Positions 16,759 to 25,687 of a stretch of 28,015 bases of DNA are shown one piece after another. The position numbers and the translations under genes are program-made. The notes under the pieces were generated by a model. That model searched no databases. It was not told where the DNA came from and worked only from the letters and a program-made list of their open reading frames with translations. Source of the stretch: a virus (Duplodnaviria; Caudoviricetes); the IMG/VR virus record IMGVR_UViG_3300032212_000120, positions 1 to 28,015 of that record; one strand, 5' to 3'. How positions within the stretch are numbered: the stretch's first letter is position 1; every line of letters starts with the position of its first letter.

Positions 16759-17123
16759 TGTCAATCCAATCTGATTTATACACGCATCTATCAACTGATG
16801 CGGGATTGCTCACGCTTGTATCAACCCGGCTTTACCCTGTCAAAGTGCCACAGTCGCCAACCTACCCGCTTGTGAGCTATCTAGCAATATCAGGGCAGTC
16901 AATGAACTCGCTTGGCGGAACGGGTGCGCTGCGAAACAGCCTGTATCAATTTGACGTGTATGCCAAGACATACAGCGAAGCGATAAGCATAGCCGATGCC
17001 CTTGAAACCGCGATGGCATCAGCGTCTTTTAAAACACTATTACAGTCACGCATTGATGCTGACTTTGATGACACGCCTGACGTGTACAGAATAATTCTAG
17101 ATTTTTCTATCTGGCACTTGTAG
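16758..17123 (+). CDS. tail terminator (DUF3168-like)
   Basis: LV..RLYP...PQ...YP.V.Y..IS, QFDVYA.TY.EA..IA, YR..LDF.IW. Confidence 0.85.
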   Translation: MSIQSDLYTHLSTDAGLLTLVSTRLYPVKVPQSPTYPLVSYLAISGQSMNSLGGTGALRNSLYQFDVYAKTYSEAISIADALETAMASASFKTLLQSRIDADFDDTPDVYRIILDFSIWHL

Positions 17124-17131
17124 CCAAAACC

Positions 17132-17171
17132 GCGCCGTGAGGTGCTAATTAAACCAAAGCCGTGAGGCTTT
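17132..17171 (+). promoter_or_regulatory. tandem GTGA-tetraloop hairpins in the tail tube gene leader
   Basis: GCGCC-GTGA-GGTGC (17132-17145) and AAAGCC-GTGA-GGCTTT (17156-17171). Confidence 0.6.
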
Positions 17172-17196
17172 AAATTCCTGTTAATGGAGAAAACTC

Positions 17197-17616
17197 ATGT
17201 CAAGTAACTCACTTGAATCACAGGGTATGCTGTTTCAAATTGGTGACGCTGCAAGCCCGGAAGTATTTACATCAATAGCAGAAGTCACAAGTATCAGCGG
17301 CCCAGGCGGTTCAGCGGCGGTTATTGATACGACTGACCTTAATTCAACAGCCAAAGAGAAGCGTATGGGGTTGTCTGATGAGGGCCAAGTGACGCTGGAT
17401 ATTATGTATATCCCTGCCAACACACAACATGCCTTGTTGCGCACTCGTCGCGCCAGCCGTGTGCTGACAAACTTCAAGATTATATTCACTGATAGCCCCG
17501 CGACTACTTGGAGCTTTTCTGGTTACGTGCTTGGCTTCACTGTCAACAATGCCGTTGATGCCACAACTAACGCCAGTGTCACAATTGAAGTCTCAGGCAG
17601 CATTACTGAATCATGA
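17197..17616 (+). CDS. major tail tube protein
   Basis: F..IAEV.SISGP......IDTTDL.S.AKE...GL.D.GQV, W.F.GYV..F, A.VTI.VSG. GGAG RBS. Confidence 0.9.
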   Translation: MSSNSLESQGMLFQIGDAASPEVFTSIAEVTSISGPGGSAAVIDTTDLNSTAKEKRMGLSDEGQVTLDIMYIPANTQHALLRTRRASRVLTNFKIIFTDSPATTWSFSGYVLGFTVNNAVDATTNASVTIEVSGSITES

Positions 17617-17966
17617 GTTTAATTCAACAGATTCAGCAAGCCAATGACCTTAAGAAGAAGCAGGTCGATGTTCCTGAGTGGGGCGTAAAAATCACCCTCC
17701 AAGAGATGACGGGTTTCCAGCGTGCAGAGTTTGAGCAGGAAGTATCCAAGCTTACTGACTCAGGCGATTCCAAGGATACCGTCAGGATGATGGCGCTGGT
17801 TATTGTGTGTAGCGCTGTCAGCGATGACGGTTCACCCGCATTTACTCACAATGACATCGATGTTCTTGCCGGTAAAAGCCTGTCTGTAATTACCGCGTTA
17901 TCCCAGGAGGCGATGAAACTTGCCTCTATGACTGAGGATGACATTGAGGAGTTGCAGGGAAACTAA
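17613..17966 (+). CDS. tail assembly chaperone (gpG analogue)
   Basis: V.VPEWG..I.L.EMTG..R, ends with ...EELQGN* at a G_GGA_AAC slippery site. Lies between tail tube and tape measure. Confidence 0.88.
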   Translation: MSLIQQIQQANDLKKKQVDVPEWGVKITLQEMTGFQRAEFEQEVSKLTDSGDSKDTVRMMALVIVCSAVSDDGSPAFTHNDIDVLAGKSLSVITALSQEAMKLASMTEDDIEELQGN

Positions 17967-18286
17967 AAGCCCGACCAGAGCGGCGGTTTTATTTCCGCCT
18001 TGCTCTGGCTCTTGGCATGACGGTTCGAGAGTTGCTGTCAAGAGTAAGCGCATCCGAGATAGCAGAATGGATGGCTTATGACTCTCTTGATCCAATAGGC
18101 CGGGAGAGGGGCGATCTTCAAGCAGGCGTAATAGCAAGCACCATTGCAAATACTATGGGCGGCGGAAGAAAGGACGGGCAACCACATAAGCCCGTTGACT
18201 TCATGCCATACGTTGACAGACCTAAGCCGGAAATAGTCAAAAAGTTTAGGGCGAGCATGGTTCACCTAGTCGAAAAGGCAGAATAA
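17613..18286 (+). CDS. tail assembly chaperone gpGT analogue (-1 frameshift at G_GGA_AAC, 17957-17963)
   Basis: The -1 frame reads KLKARPERRFYFRLALALGMTVRELL...SEIAEWMAY..L.P.G.ER.DL.AG through to 18286, the conserved G/GT arrangement. Confidence 0.85.
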
Positions 18287-20232
18287 TGGCAACACTCGCA
18301 GCAATTACAGTCGCTATCCGGGCGAACGCAACAAAGTTCACATCAGCGATCAAAAAATCACAACGCCAACTGAAAAAGTTTGCCAAATCCACAAAGAAAG
18401 CATCCAAGGTGGTCGGCGATCTGTTCAAGAAAGTAGCAACCACGTCTCTGATCGGTGGCGGTATTTTTGTCCTACTATCAAAACAATCTCTCGCTGCTGT
18501 TGACAACATAGGGAAGCTATCAACCAGGCTTGGTATATCGACACGAGCATTATCAGAATACAGACTGGTCGCGGATAAATCGGGCCTTTCTTTCCAGACG
18601 TTAGCGCTTATATTTCAGCGTAGTACACGGAGAATATCTGAAGCTGCGGCCGGTATTGGTGAGGCAAGAACTACGCTTGAGGCATTGGGCCTTGATGCGC
18701 AGGCGCTGAACAGGTTGTCTCCAGATCGTCAGCTTGAAGCAATCGCCGATGCAATGTTGAAAACAGGTAACTCAGCAGACCGTTTGAGACAGTCTGTTAA
18801 GCTGTTTGACACAGAGGGTGCGGGGTTTTTGCAGTTTGCAAAGAATGGCTCTGCAGGGATTAGAGCATTACGAAGTGAGGCGCGGCAGCTTGGTTTATCA
18901 CTATCCAGCGATGCAGTGCGTGGCGTAGAGCGTGCAAGTAATGCTTTCTCAGAGCTTGGCTCATTGTTCACCGGGCTGAGAGATCAAACAATATCGAGCC
19001 TTGCGGGTAGCTTCGAGTTTCTTACTGATAAGATTAAGAACTCAGTGCTTGAGGCGTCGAAATCTCAAGGTGGTGTTGAGAAACTTGGTCAGGCTATTGC
19101 CAAGAGCATTCTTACAACATTCAGATCTCTGATAAATGGCGTTCTCAAGGCTAGCCAAGTCCTCGATTCGATATTGGTGAAGGTCGGGCTATCTCAGGAA
19201 GCATCTGCAGATAAGCTTGAGCAGAGCATTAAGGGATATTCAGACAGAATTAATAGGCTGCGAGGGGTAATCCGTTCGGCGCTGGTTGACCCAAATTCTC
19301 TTGATCCCAGTAATCAGATTATCAACGCACTGGATAGCGATAGATTTATCAGGGCGCAAGAGAAAGAGATTGACAGCCTTGTTTCAAGAATGCAGGAAGC
19401 GAAAACGGCGCTTGAAGCTATCAGTTCGGCTGGCGCAGGCAATGAATCCATACCAGCTCTTGAATCATTGTCTACCACTCTCGGTGAGATGATCGATAAC
19501 ATCGGTAAGTCATCCGGTGCAACGGAAAAACTAAAATCTTCATTGGGCGGGGTGAGCCTACAGTTAAATGCCACGTCAGAGGAAATCAAAGAATTTAACA
19601 ATTTACAGTCTGAAGGTAAGTCTCTTACAGAATCACTGCGTACACCTCTAGAAATATACGACGACCAATTATTTAGGATTCATGATCTATATCAAAGTCT
19701 TGCCATCGATCTTGAAACTTACAACAGAGCTATCGAGGCCAATAAGAATGAGCTTGATGATGCCCTTAATCCTGACAAGACAAAAGATGCGACAGACGCA
19801 GCCAAAGAGCTTGGCCTGACCTTCTCCAGCGCATTTGAGGAAGCGATCACAGGCGGCAAAAATCTGTCAGAAGTTCTCAAAGGTCTTATTCTTGATATAA
19901 ACAAGATATTCTTTAGAAAGACCGTCACAGAGCCAATTGCCACAAGCATCAGCGACTTTGCCAAAGGGTTTAATATTCTCGATTTCTTACCGTTTGGCGG
20001 AGGCAGGGAAACGGGCGGGCCTGTATTTGGCGGTCAAGCCTACCTGGTAGGTGAGCGCGGTCCTGAATTGTTTACCCCATCCTCATCAGGATCAATCACG
20101 CCAAACAACCAACTCAATTCAACAATTAATCAAACCTTCAACATCAGCGGCCCGGTTGATCGCCGAAGCATGGATCAAATCCAGGCGGCGGCGGCATCAG
20201 GTGCGCAGCGTGCCATGAGGCGTAACACATGA
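18286..20232 (+). CDS. tail tape measure protein
   Basis: 648 aa, helical and Ala/Ser/Leu-rich. C-terminal GGR..GGPV..G..YLVGERGPELF.P...G.I.PN motif. Confidence 0.93.
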   Translation: MATLAAITVAIRANATKFTSAIKKSQRQLKKFAKSTKKASKVVGDLFKKVATTSLIGGGIFVLLSKQSLAAVDNIGKLSTRLGISTRALSEYRLVADKSGLSFQTLALIFQRSTRRISEAAAGIGEARTTLEALGLDAQALNRLSPDRQLEAIADAMLKTGNSADRLRQSVKLFDTEGAGFLQFAKNGSAGIRALRSEARQLGLSLSSDAVRGVERASNAFSELGSLFTGLRDQTISSLAGSFEFLTDKIKNSVLEASKSQGGVEKLGQAIAKSILTTFRSLINGVLKASQVLDSILVKVGLSQEASADKLEQSIKGYSDRINRLRGVIRSALVDPNSLDPSNQIINALDSDRFIRAQEKEIDSLVSRMQEAKTALEAISSAGAGNESIPALESLSTTLGEMIDNIGKSSGATEKLKSSLGGVSLQLNATSEEIKEFNNLQSEGKSLTESLRTPLEIYDDQLFRIHDLYQSLAIDLETYNRAIEANKNELDDALNPDKTKDATDAAKELGLTFSSAFEEAITGGKNLSEVLKGLILDINKIFFRKTVTEPIATSISDFAKGFNILDFLPFGGGRETGGPVFGGQAYLVGERGPELFTPSSSGSITPNNQLNSTINQTFNISGPVDRRSMDQIQAAAASGAQRAMRRNT

Positions 20233-20852
20233 GTTTCAATGAGTCTCGCATAAGTGATGGTATAGCCTATGGCTCAACTGGTGGGCCTCGATACAAAACG
20301 GTCATCATCACCCTGGATAGCGGCTATCAAACCAGGGACAGCAAGTGGTCATATCCCTTGTATGCCTACAACGTTGGGTATGGAGTTAAAACCCTGGCTG
20401 ATATGTATGAGCTTCAAGAGCTTTTTCATGCCTCAAAGGGCTCTGCAAACGGGTTCCGGTTCAAAGACTTTGCAGACTTCAAATCATGTGCAGTGGATCA
20501 GACGCTATCATTCAATGATCAATCCATCGGAACGGGTGACGGAGCAACAACCGCGTTTCAACTCTCCAAGACATACACGTTCGGTGCGGTATCACAGTCG
20601 CGCATCATATCTAAACCCGTATCAGGAACAACGGTAATTGCCATTGATGGTGTTGAACAAACTTCAGGGTGGACAATCGACACGACAACGGGAATTGTGA
20701 CGTTTACAACTGCCCCCCTGTCTGCAGAAGTGATCACGGCGGGGTTTGAGTTTGATGTTCCTGTTCACTTTTCATCTGATGAATGGTCTTGGTCATGGGA
20801 AAACTTTGAAAGCTTGAGTGCTAATGTCGGTTTGATGGAAGTTCGCTTGTGA
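20229..20852 (+). CDS. distal tail protein, DUF2460 (RcGTA-type)
   Basis: F.E.R....I.YGS.GGP.Y.T, GFRFKD..D..S, Q.IGTGDG.TT.FQL.K.Y, ITAGFEFDVPV.F. Confidence 0.92.
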   Translation: MSFNESRISDGIAYGSTGGPRYKTVIITLDSGYQTRDSKWSYPLYAYNVGYGVKTLADMYELQELFHASKGSANGFRFKDFADFKSCAVDQTLSFNDQSIGTGDGATTAFQLSKTYTFGAVSQSRIISKPVSGTTVIAIDGVEQTSGWTIDTTTGIVTFTTAPLSAEVITAGFEFDVPVHFSSDEWSWSWENFESLSANVGLMEVRL

Positions 20853-22120
20853 AAACGATCCCCGCAGCCCTGCAAACGCATCTTGATAGCAGGTCAACAA
20901 CACTCGCGGCCATGTGGATCGTCACGGCAACGAATGGCACGGTTAAGCGCTTTACTGATCATGATATTGACATCACTTATAGTGGCGATGTTTATTCAAG
21001 CGTATCAGGTTACGTCCCTTCCAATATCCGATCAACCGATACCACGTCAGTTGATAACCTCGATATAAAAGGTTTGCTGTCATCCATCGGGATCACCCGC
21101 GATGATTTGCAGGGCGGCGTTTATGATAATGCGGCGGTTCGTCTTTTCTCGATCAATTATGAATCCCCGTCAGATGGCGAGATAAAGCATAAAATCGGGA
21201 ACCTTGGCGAAGTCAAAACCGCTGACGATTTTGTTGCGGAGTTTCGATCACTAAGCCAAGCCTTACAGCAGGTCATTGGCTCTCAGTATTCCCCTGATTG
21301 TCGTTATGACCTGGGCGATGGTTTGTGCCTGGTGAATCTACCAGGCCAGGTTGCGCCATCAGCACATGAATACTGGAGAATATACGAGTCAGCAAACGGT
21401 GTATGCAAGATACGAGAAATAGAGATGGCGCTTGTTGCGGCTGGTGCTGATCAATGCACGGGCGGGACGGCGACAGCCAGTAGTGATAACGGGTTTGATG
21501 TGGCGGCCAATGCCTTTGATGACACGTCTAACTCTTGGGAAAGCGCAGGAAGCACCGGGCCGCATTGGATTGAATACCAATTTACATCGGCTCAAACGAT
21601 ACTGGAGATCAGGTTGGTGGCGGGATCTACCCCCTCACAGATGCCGTCAACCTTCGATATTCAATACTCTGATAACGGATCTGATTGGACGACAACGATC
21701 ACATATTCGGGTAACTCTTGGTCAACCAATGGCGAGTCACAATCATTTTTGGCGCAACTTCCAGAAGAAACCGATTACACCCGATCAGGAACACTCACGG
21801 CCGCGACAGATAATGCAAATTTTGCCGACTCATCTTTGACTGATGGTGATGGTTATTTTAATTATGGCGTTATCACGTTCACATCGGGAAACAATAACGG
21901 GCTTTCTAAAGAGATAAAAAATCACATTAGCGCTGGTGGGGTGATAGAGCTATTCGAGCCGATGCCTTTTACTGTTCAAATTGGAGACGACTACGACATT
22001 GTAGCGGGGTGCGACAAGCTTTTATCTACCTGTAAAACAAGGTTTGACAATGTTGTTAATTTTGGCGGAGAGCCTCATGTGCCGGGGCTAAATACTGTAA
22101 ATCGATTTGGTGGTCAGTAA
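20849..22120 (+). CDS. baseplate hub protein, DUF2163/BR0599 type, with an inserted discoidin-like domain
   Basis: MK.IP.ALQ.HL....TTLA..W, FTDHD.D, CRY.LGD..C and AGCDK...TC..RF.N..NF.GEP.VPG (four Cys, Fe-S type). Extra ~140-aa insert. Confidence 0.9.
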   Translation: MKTIPAALQTHLDSRSTTLAAMWIVTATNGTVKRFTDHDIDITYSGDVYSSVSGYVPSNIRSTDTTSVDNLDIKGLLSSIGITRDDLQGGVYDNAAVRLFSINYESPSDGEIKHKIGNLGEVKTADDFVAEFRSLSQALQQVIGSQYSPDCRYDLGDGLCLVNLPGQVAPSAHEYWRIYESANGVCKIREIEMALVAAGADQCTGGTATASSDNGFDVAANAFDDTSNSWESAGSTGPHWIEYQFTSAQTILEIRLVAGSTPSQMPSTFDIQYSDNGSDWTTTITYSGNSWSTNGESQSFLAQLPEETDYTRSGTLTAATDNANFADSSLTDGDGYFNYGVITFTSGNNNGLSKEIKNHISAGGVIELFEPMPFTVQIGDDYDIVAGCDKLLSTCKTRFDNVVNFGGEPHVPGLNTVNRFGGQ

Positions 22121-22530
22121 TGGATGGTATGCGAGTTGTTGAGAGCGCGAGGGCTTGGTTGGGTGTTCCTTACCATCATCAAGGCAGGTCAAAGACAGGT
22201 GTTGACTGTATTGGGTTGCTGATCAAGGTTGCGCACGATCTTAATTTATCGGATTACGACTACACCGCATACAAAGAAACACCGGACGGTAAAACATTGA
22301 TGCTTGAGGCATCCAGGATGCTGTCAAGAATACCGGCCAGCAAGGCAATTCCGGGTGATTTGTACGTTATGCGGTTCAGGCAAGACCCTCAACACTTTGC
22401 AATCAAAACAGACACCGGGATTATTCATGCATTGCGTGGATCTGGAAAAGTCATTGAAACCGGGATCGGGGAAAAATGGAAAAGCAGGATTGTTGCAGCG
22501 TTTAGATTTAAAGGTGTGAATAATGGCTGA
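22120..22530 (+). CDS. NlpC/P60-family tail-associated peptidase
   Basis: AR.WLG.PYHHQGR...GVDC.GL, PGD...MRF...PQH.AI, IIHA. Confidence 0.92.
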   Translation: MDGMRVVESARAWLGVPYHHQGRSKTGVDCIGLLIKVAHDLNLSDYDYTAYKETPDGKTLMLEASRMLSRIPASKAIPGDLYVMRFRQDPQHFAIKTDTGIIHALRGSGKVIETGIGEKWKSRIVAAFRFKGVNNG

Positions 22531-25500
22531 ACTAACAGCAGGCAAGGTTTTTGGTTTCTTTGCTAGAACCGCGTTTAGTTACCTCATAAGTTCGCTATTC
22601 GCCCCAAAGCAACCAGACCAGGAAGGTCCGCGTCTTGATGACCTTCAGGTTCAAGCGTCATCATACGGAAACGGCATCCCGGTCATATATGGAACCATGC
22701 AGCTTGCGGGTAATATCGTTTGGCTCAAAGGCAACCAGATTGATGAAACACGCCACAAGTCATCATCGGGAGGCAAAGGCGGTGGCGGTGGAGCCACCAC
22801 AACAACCTATAGTTATTCTGCAACCTTTGCGGTCATGTTTGGCGAAGGTGAGATCGTAGGTATACGGAAAATTCTAGGTGACAGCGTTACGATCTACGAC
22901 ATAAGCGACACGGCCAACGGTGCAACATTATCCGCAAGTAATGAGGCTGCTAAATCAATAACGATATACAGCGGATCGTCAGATCAGCTACCCGATCCAA
23001 TTATTGAAGCGGAAAAAGGCACTGATACACCAGCTTACAGAAACAGATTTTATATTGTTTTTGAGGACTTGCAGCTTGAAAAGTTCGGCAACCGGATTCC
23101 TAACCTACGTGCAGAAGTAATCGCAGCAGGTTCGGAAACATTAAGCTCTCAGCTATATAACACTGGCTCACATGATGTGAACTATGAGGATATGGCATTT
23201 GTTGGAAACGATAACGGTGTTTTGAGGCTTTGGGACCGCATACCCTCAACGCTTGGGGGTGAACAAGGTAAAATCCACTTGATCGATCCTAGTGGTAATT
23301 ATCTAGGGTTTGAGACAGCGCCTCCTCTTATCGTGCAAGCCTTTAGTCAAGACTCTTACCCGCTTGATCGGACGGGCTATGGCGTTGTTGGGAGTCTTGG
23401 AAATGGACTAGCCACAACATCTATTTATTATAAATCACAGGGCAGTCTGCCTGCACCAGCCGGATCTGCAGAATTGAATCAGTCAACATCACTGCCTGTT
23501 GCTGGCTTAGAAGATTTACACAACCTCTGCTTTAAGCTTGAGCAGGACAGATATATTTTAGGTGTGGCGATCAGCGCGGACCGTGAGCGAATGATTGTTG
23601 TCCAGGGTGACGCGGGTGGCGCTTATTTTACAGATCATGTTGATGGGTTTTATACCGTATTTGATGCAGGCGGGGATGTCATTGAGACAGGCGTGGCTGA
23701 TCTTGCATCTGCAAACGAAGGGGTGGGGGTTGACTATGCCTCATTTGGTTTTGGTAATTCTGAGGGGGTAATCACGGGCATGTATTGCGCGGCCATGATG
23801 GAAAACGATTACAGGCATGTATGGTCATACTATGCGGCAGGGAGTGATACAGCGCATGTGTGGGAGATTCAAGATGGCGTTATGTCGCTTGAGCAGGAAA
23901 TTTCATCAACCATATCTGATAAACCCTTTCAGGCTGGCAGCTTATATGCCAATGATGGTGTCATGGTGTTTGCCAACGAGGAGGCTTCAGGCGGTGGTGG
24001 CGTTGTTGGTGCGTTTTACCGCTTAGAGCGATACGGGGAAACTGGCAGCACATTATCATCGGTTGTTGCTGATATATGTGACCGGGCTGGTTTAAGTGCG
24101 TCAGAATATGATGTCACCGCCTTAACTGACAGCCTGGATGGCTATGCTATCACTAGGCCGATTTCAGCGCGTAGCGCATTACAAGAATTGCAGTCTGCCT
24201 ATGTATTTGATGCTGTTGAATCAGATGATGTCCTTAAATTTGTCAAGCGCGGCGGTTCAAGTGTAGCGACTATTGCCGAGTCTGATCTTGGTGCGTCATC
24301 AGGTGAGTCTGTGCCGGTCATGGAAATACAGAGAGCGCAAGAATCAGAATTACCTATAGAGGTTAATGTTCAATATATCAGCCCTGAGCTTGAATATCAG
24401 CCAGGAAACCAGCGATCAAGGCGTGTTGCTGTTAGCAGTGTACAAAATTTGTCGATCAGCCTTGCCGTATCCATGAGTGATAACAAAGCCAAGCAGCTTG
24501 CAGAAATTATACATTATGGGGCATGGGCGGAGCGCGAGCAGTTTAGTTTTAACTTGCCGCCTGAATACGCATACCTTGAGCCTACGGATATAGTCACCGT
24601 TACGGCCAATGATAGAACAGACAAGATCAGAATCACGTCAATAGATGCCGCCCCCGGAGGAGTCATATCAGTTGTTGGCGTTTCTGATCGTGCTGAGGTT
24701 TATTCATCATCCGCATCAGGTGCGGCGGGGGCATTCCCTGGTTCCGAAATATCATTAATTGGGCCGACCAGGTTTGTTCCTCTAGATTTGCCAATGCTGA
24801 CAACAACGCAAGATCAAGAAGCGTTTTATTTTGCCGTCAGCGGGTACTTGTCAGGGTGGAATGGCGCGGCGATCCTGAAATCAATTGACGGGGGCTCTAG
24901 CTATGCCAACCTCACATCCTCACCAACTGGCGCAACTATCGGGGTATGCACCGACTCATTGGGCGATGCTCGCCCCAATCTTTGGGATAGGGCCAATACT
25001 GTCAACGTCCGTATATATGGCAGCAACACTTTATCTAGCGATACAGAGGCTAATGTATTGGACGGCGCGAACATTGCCGCCATAGGTCTTGATGGTGCAT
25101 ATGAGATTATCCAATGGACCACAGCGACATTAGAGGCTGACGGAAGCTATACGCTGTCAGGTTTACTCAGGGCAAGATTTGGCACTGAAAATCACACGGG
25201 CAGTCATGTTGCTGGCGATAGCTTTGTCGTTTTGGAAAGCGGAACAATTGGAAATGTCACAAGCGATCTTAATGTTGAAAGGCATTATAAGGCTGTGTCA
25301 TTCGGCAATTACAGCGATGATTCTATTGCGCATGTGTTCACGAATAACGGTGTCAGGTTAAAACCGTATGCGCCGTATTTACTCAAGGCGGTGCGTAACG
25401 CAGCCGGGGATATTACGTTTACTTGGCAGCGCCGATCACGCAGGCGACCATCTCAGCCCTTTTGGGATATTGATCTTGACGAATCCTCAGAAAGTTATGA

Positions 25501-25687
25501 GCTGGATATTATGAGCGGTTCCCCTGAGTCAGCGGTTCGTACACTCACAGCGACAAGCGAAACAGTGACATATACGGCTGCACAGCAAGTCACAGATTTT
25601 GGATCAACACAATCATCCGTCAATATTGAGCTTTACCAGCTATCGGCCAGTGTCGGGCGCGGTGAGGTATTGGAGCAAGCAGCATGA
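22523..25687 (+). CDS. large tail tip / host-specificity protein (RcGTA megatron-like, Phage-tail_3)
   Basis: EGPRL.DL.VQ.S.YG..IP..YG...LAGN..W, PAYR...YIVFEDLQL..FGNRIPN, FDAVESD..LKF..RG, LSGLLR..FGTE, W.RRSR. Confidence 0.92.
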   Translation: MAELTAGKVFGFFARTAFSYLISSLFAPKQPDQEGPRLDDLQVQASSYGNGIPVIYGTMQLAGNIVWLKGNQIDETRHKSSSGGKGGGGGATTTTYSYSATFAVMFGEGEIVGIRKILGDSVTIYDISDTANGATLSASNEAAKSITIYSGSSDQLPDPIIEAEKGTDTPAYRNRFYIVFEDLQLEKFGNRIPNLRAEVIAAGSETLSSQLYNTGSHDVNYEDMAFVGNDNGVLRLWDRIPSTLGGEQGKIHLIDPSGNYLGFETAPPLIVQAFSQDSYPLDRTGYGVVGSLGNGLATTSIYYKSQGSLPAPAGSAELNQSTSLPVAGLEDLHNLCFKLEQDRYILGVAISADRERMIVVQGDAGGAYFTDHVDGFYTVFDAGGDVIETGVADLASANEGVGVDYASFGFGNSEGVITGMYCAAMMENDYRHVWSYYAAGSDTAHVWEIQDGVMSLEQEISSTISDKPFQAGSLYANDGVMVFANEEASGGGGVVGAFYRLERYGETGSTLSSVVADICDRAGLSASEYDVTALTDSLDGYAITRPISARSALQELQSAYVFDAVESDDVLKFVKRGGSSVATIAESDLGASSGESVPVMEIQRAQESELPIEVNVQYISPELEYQPGNQRSRRVAVSSVQNLSISLAVSMSDNKAKQLAEIIHYGAWAEREQFSFNLPPEYAYLEPTDIVTVTANDRTDKIRITSIDAAPGGVISVVGVSDRAEVYSSSASGAAGAFPGSEISLIGPTRFVPLDLPMLTTTQDQEAFYFAVSGYLSGWNGAAILKSIDGGSSYANLTSSPTGATIGVCTDSLGDARPNLWDRANTVNVRIYGSNTLSSDTEANVLDGANIAAIGLDGAYEIIQWTTATLEADGSYTLSGLLRARFGTENHTGSHVAGDSFVVLESGTIGNVTSDLNVERHYKAVSFGNYSDDSIAHVFTNNGVRLKPYAPYLLKAVRNAAGDITFTWQRRSRRRPSQPFWDIDLDESSESYELDIMSGSPESAVRTLTATSETVTYTAAQQVTDFGSTQSSVNIELYQLSASVGRGEVLEQAA

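Noticed and set aside
8502-17171. GCCGTGAGG repeats as a CRISPR array or REP elements
   Set aside because: Too short, dispersed and without regular spacers.
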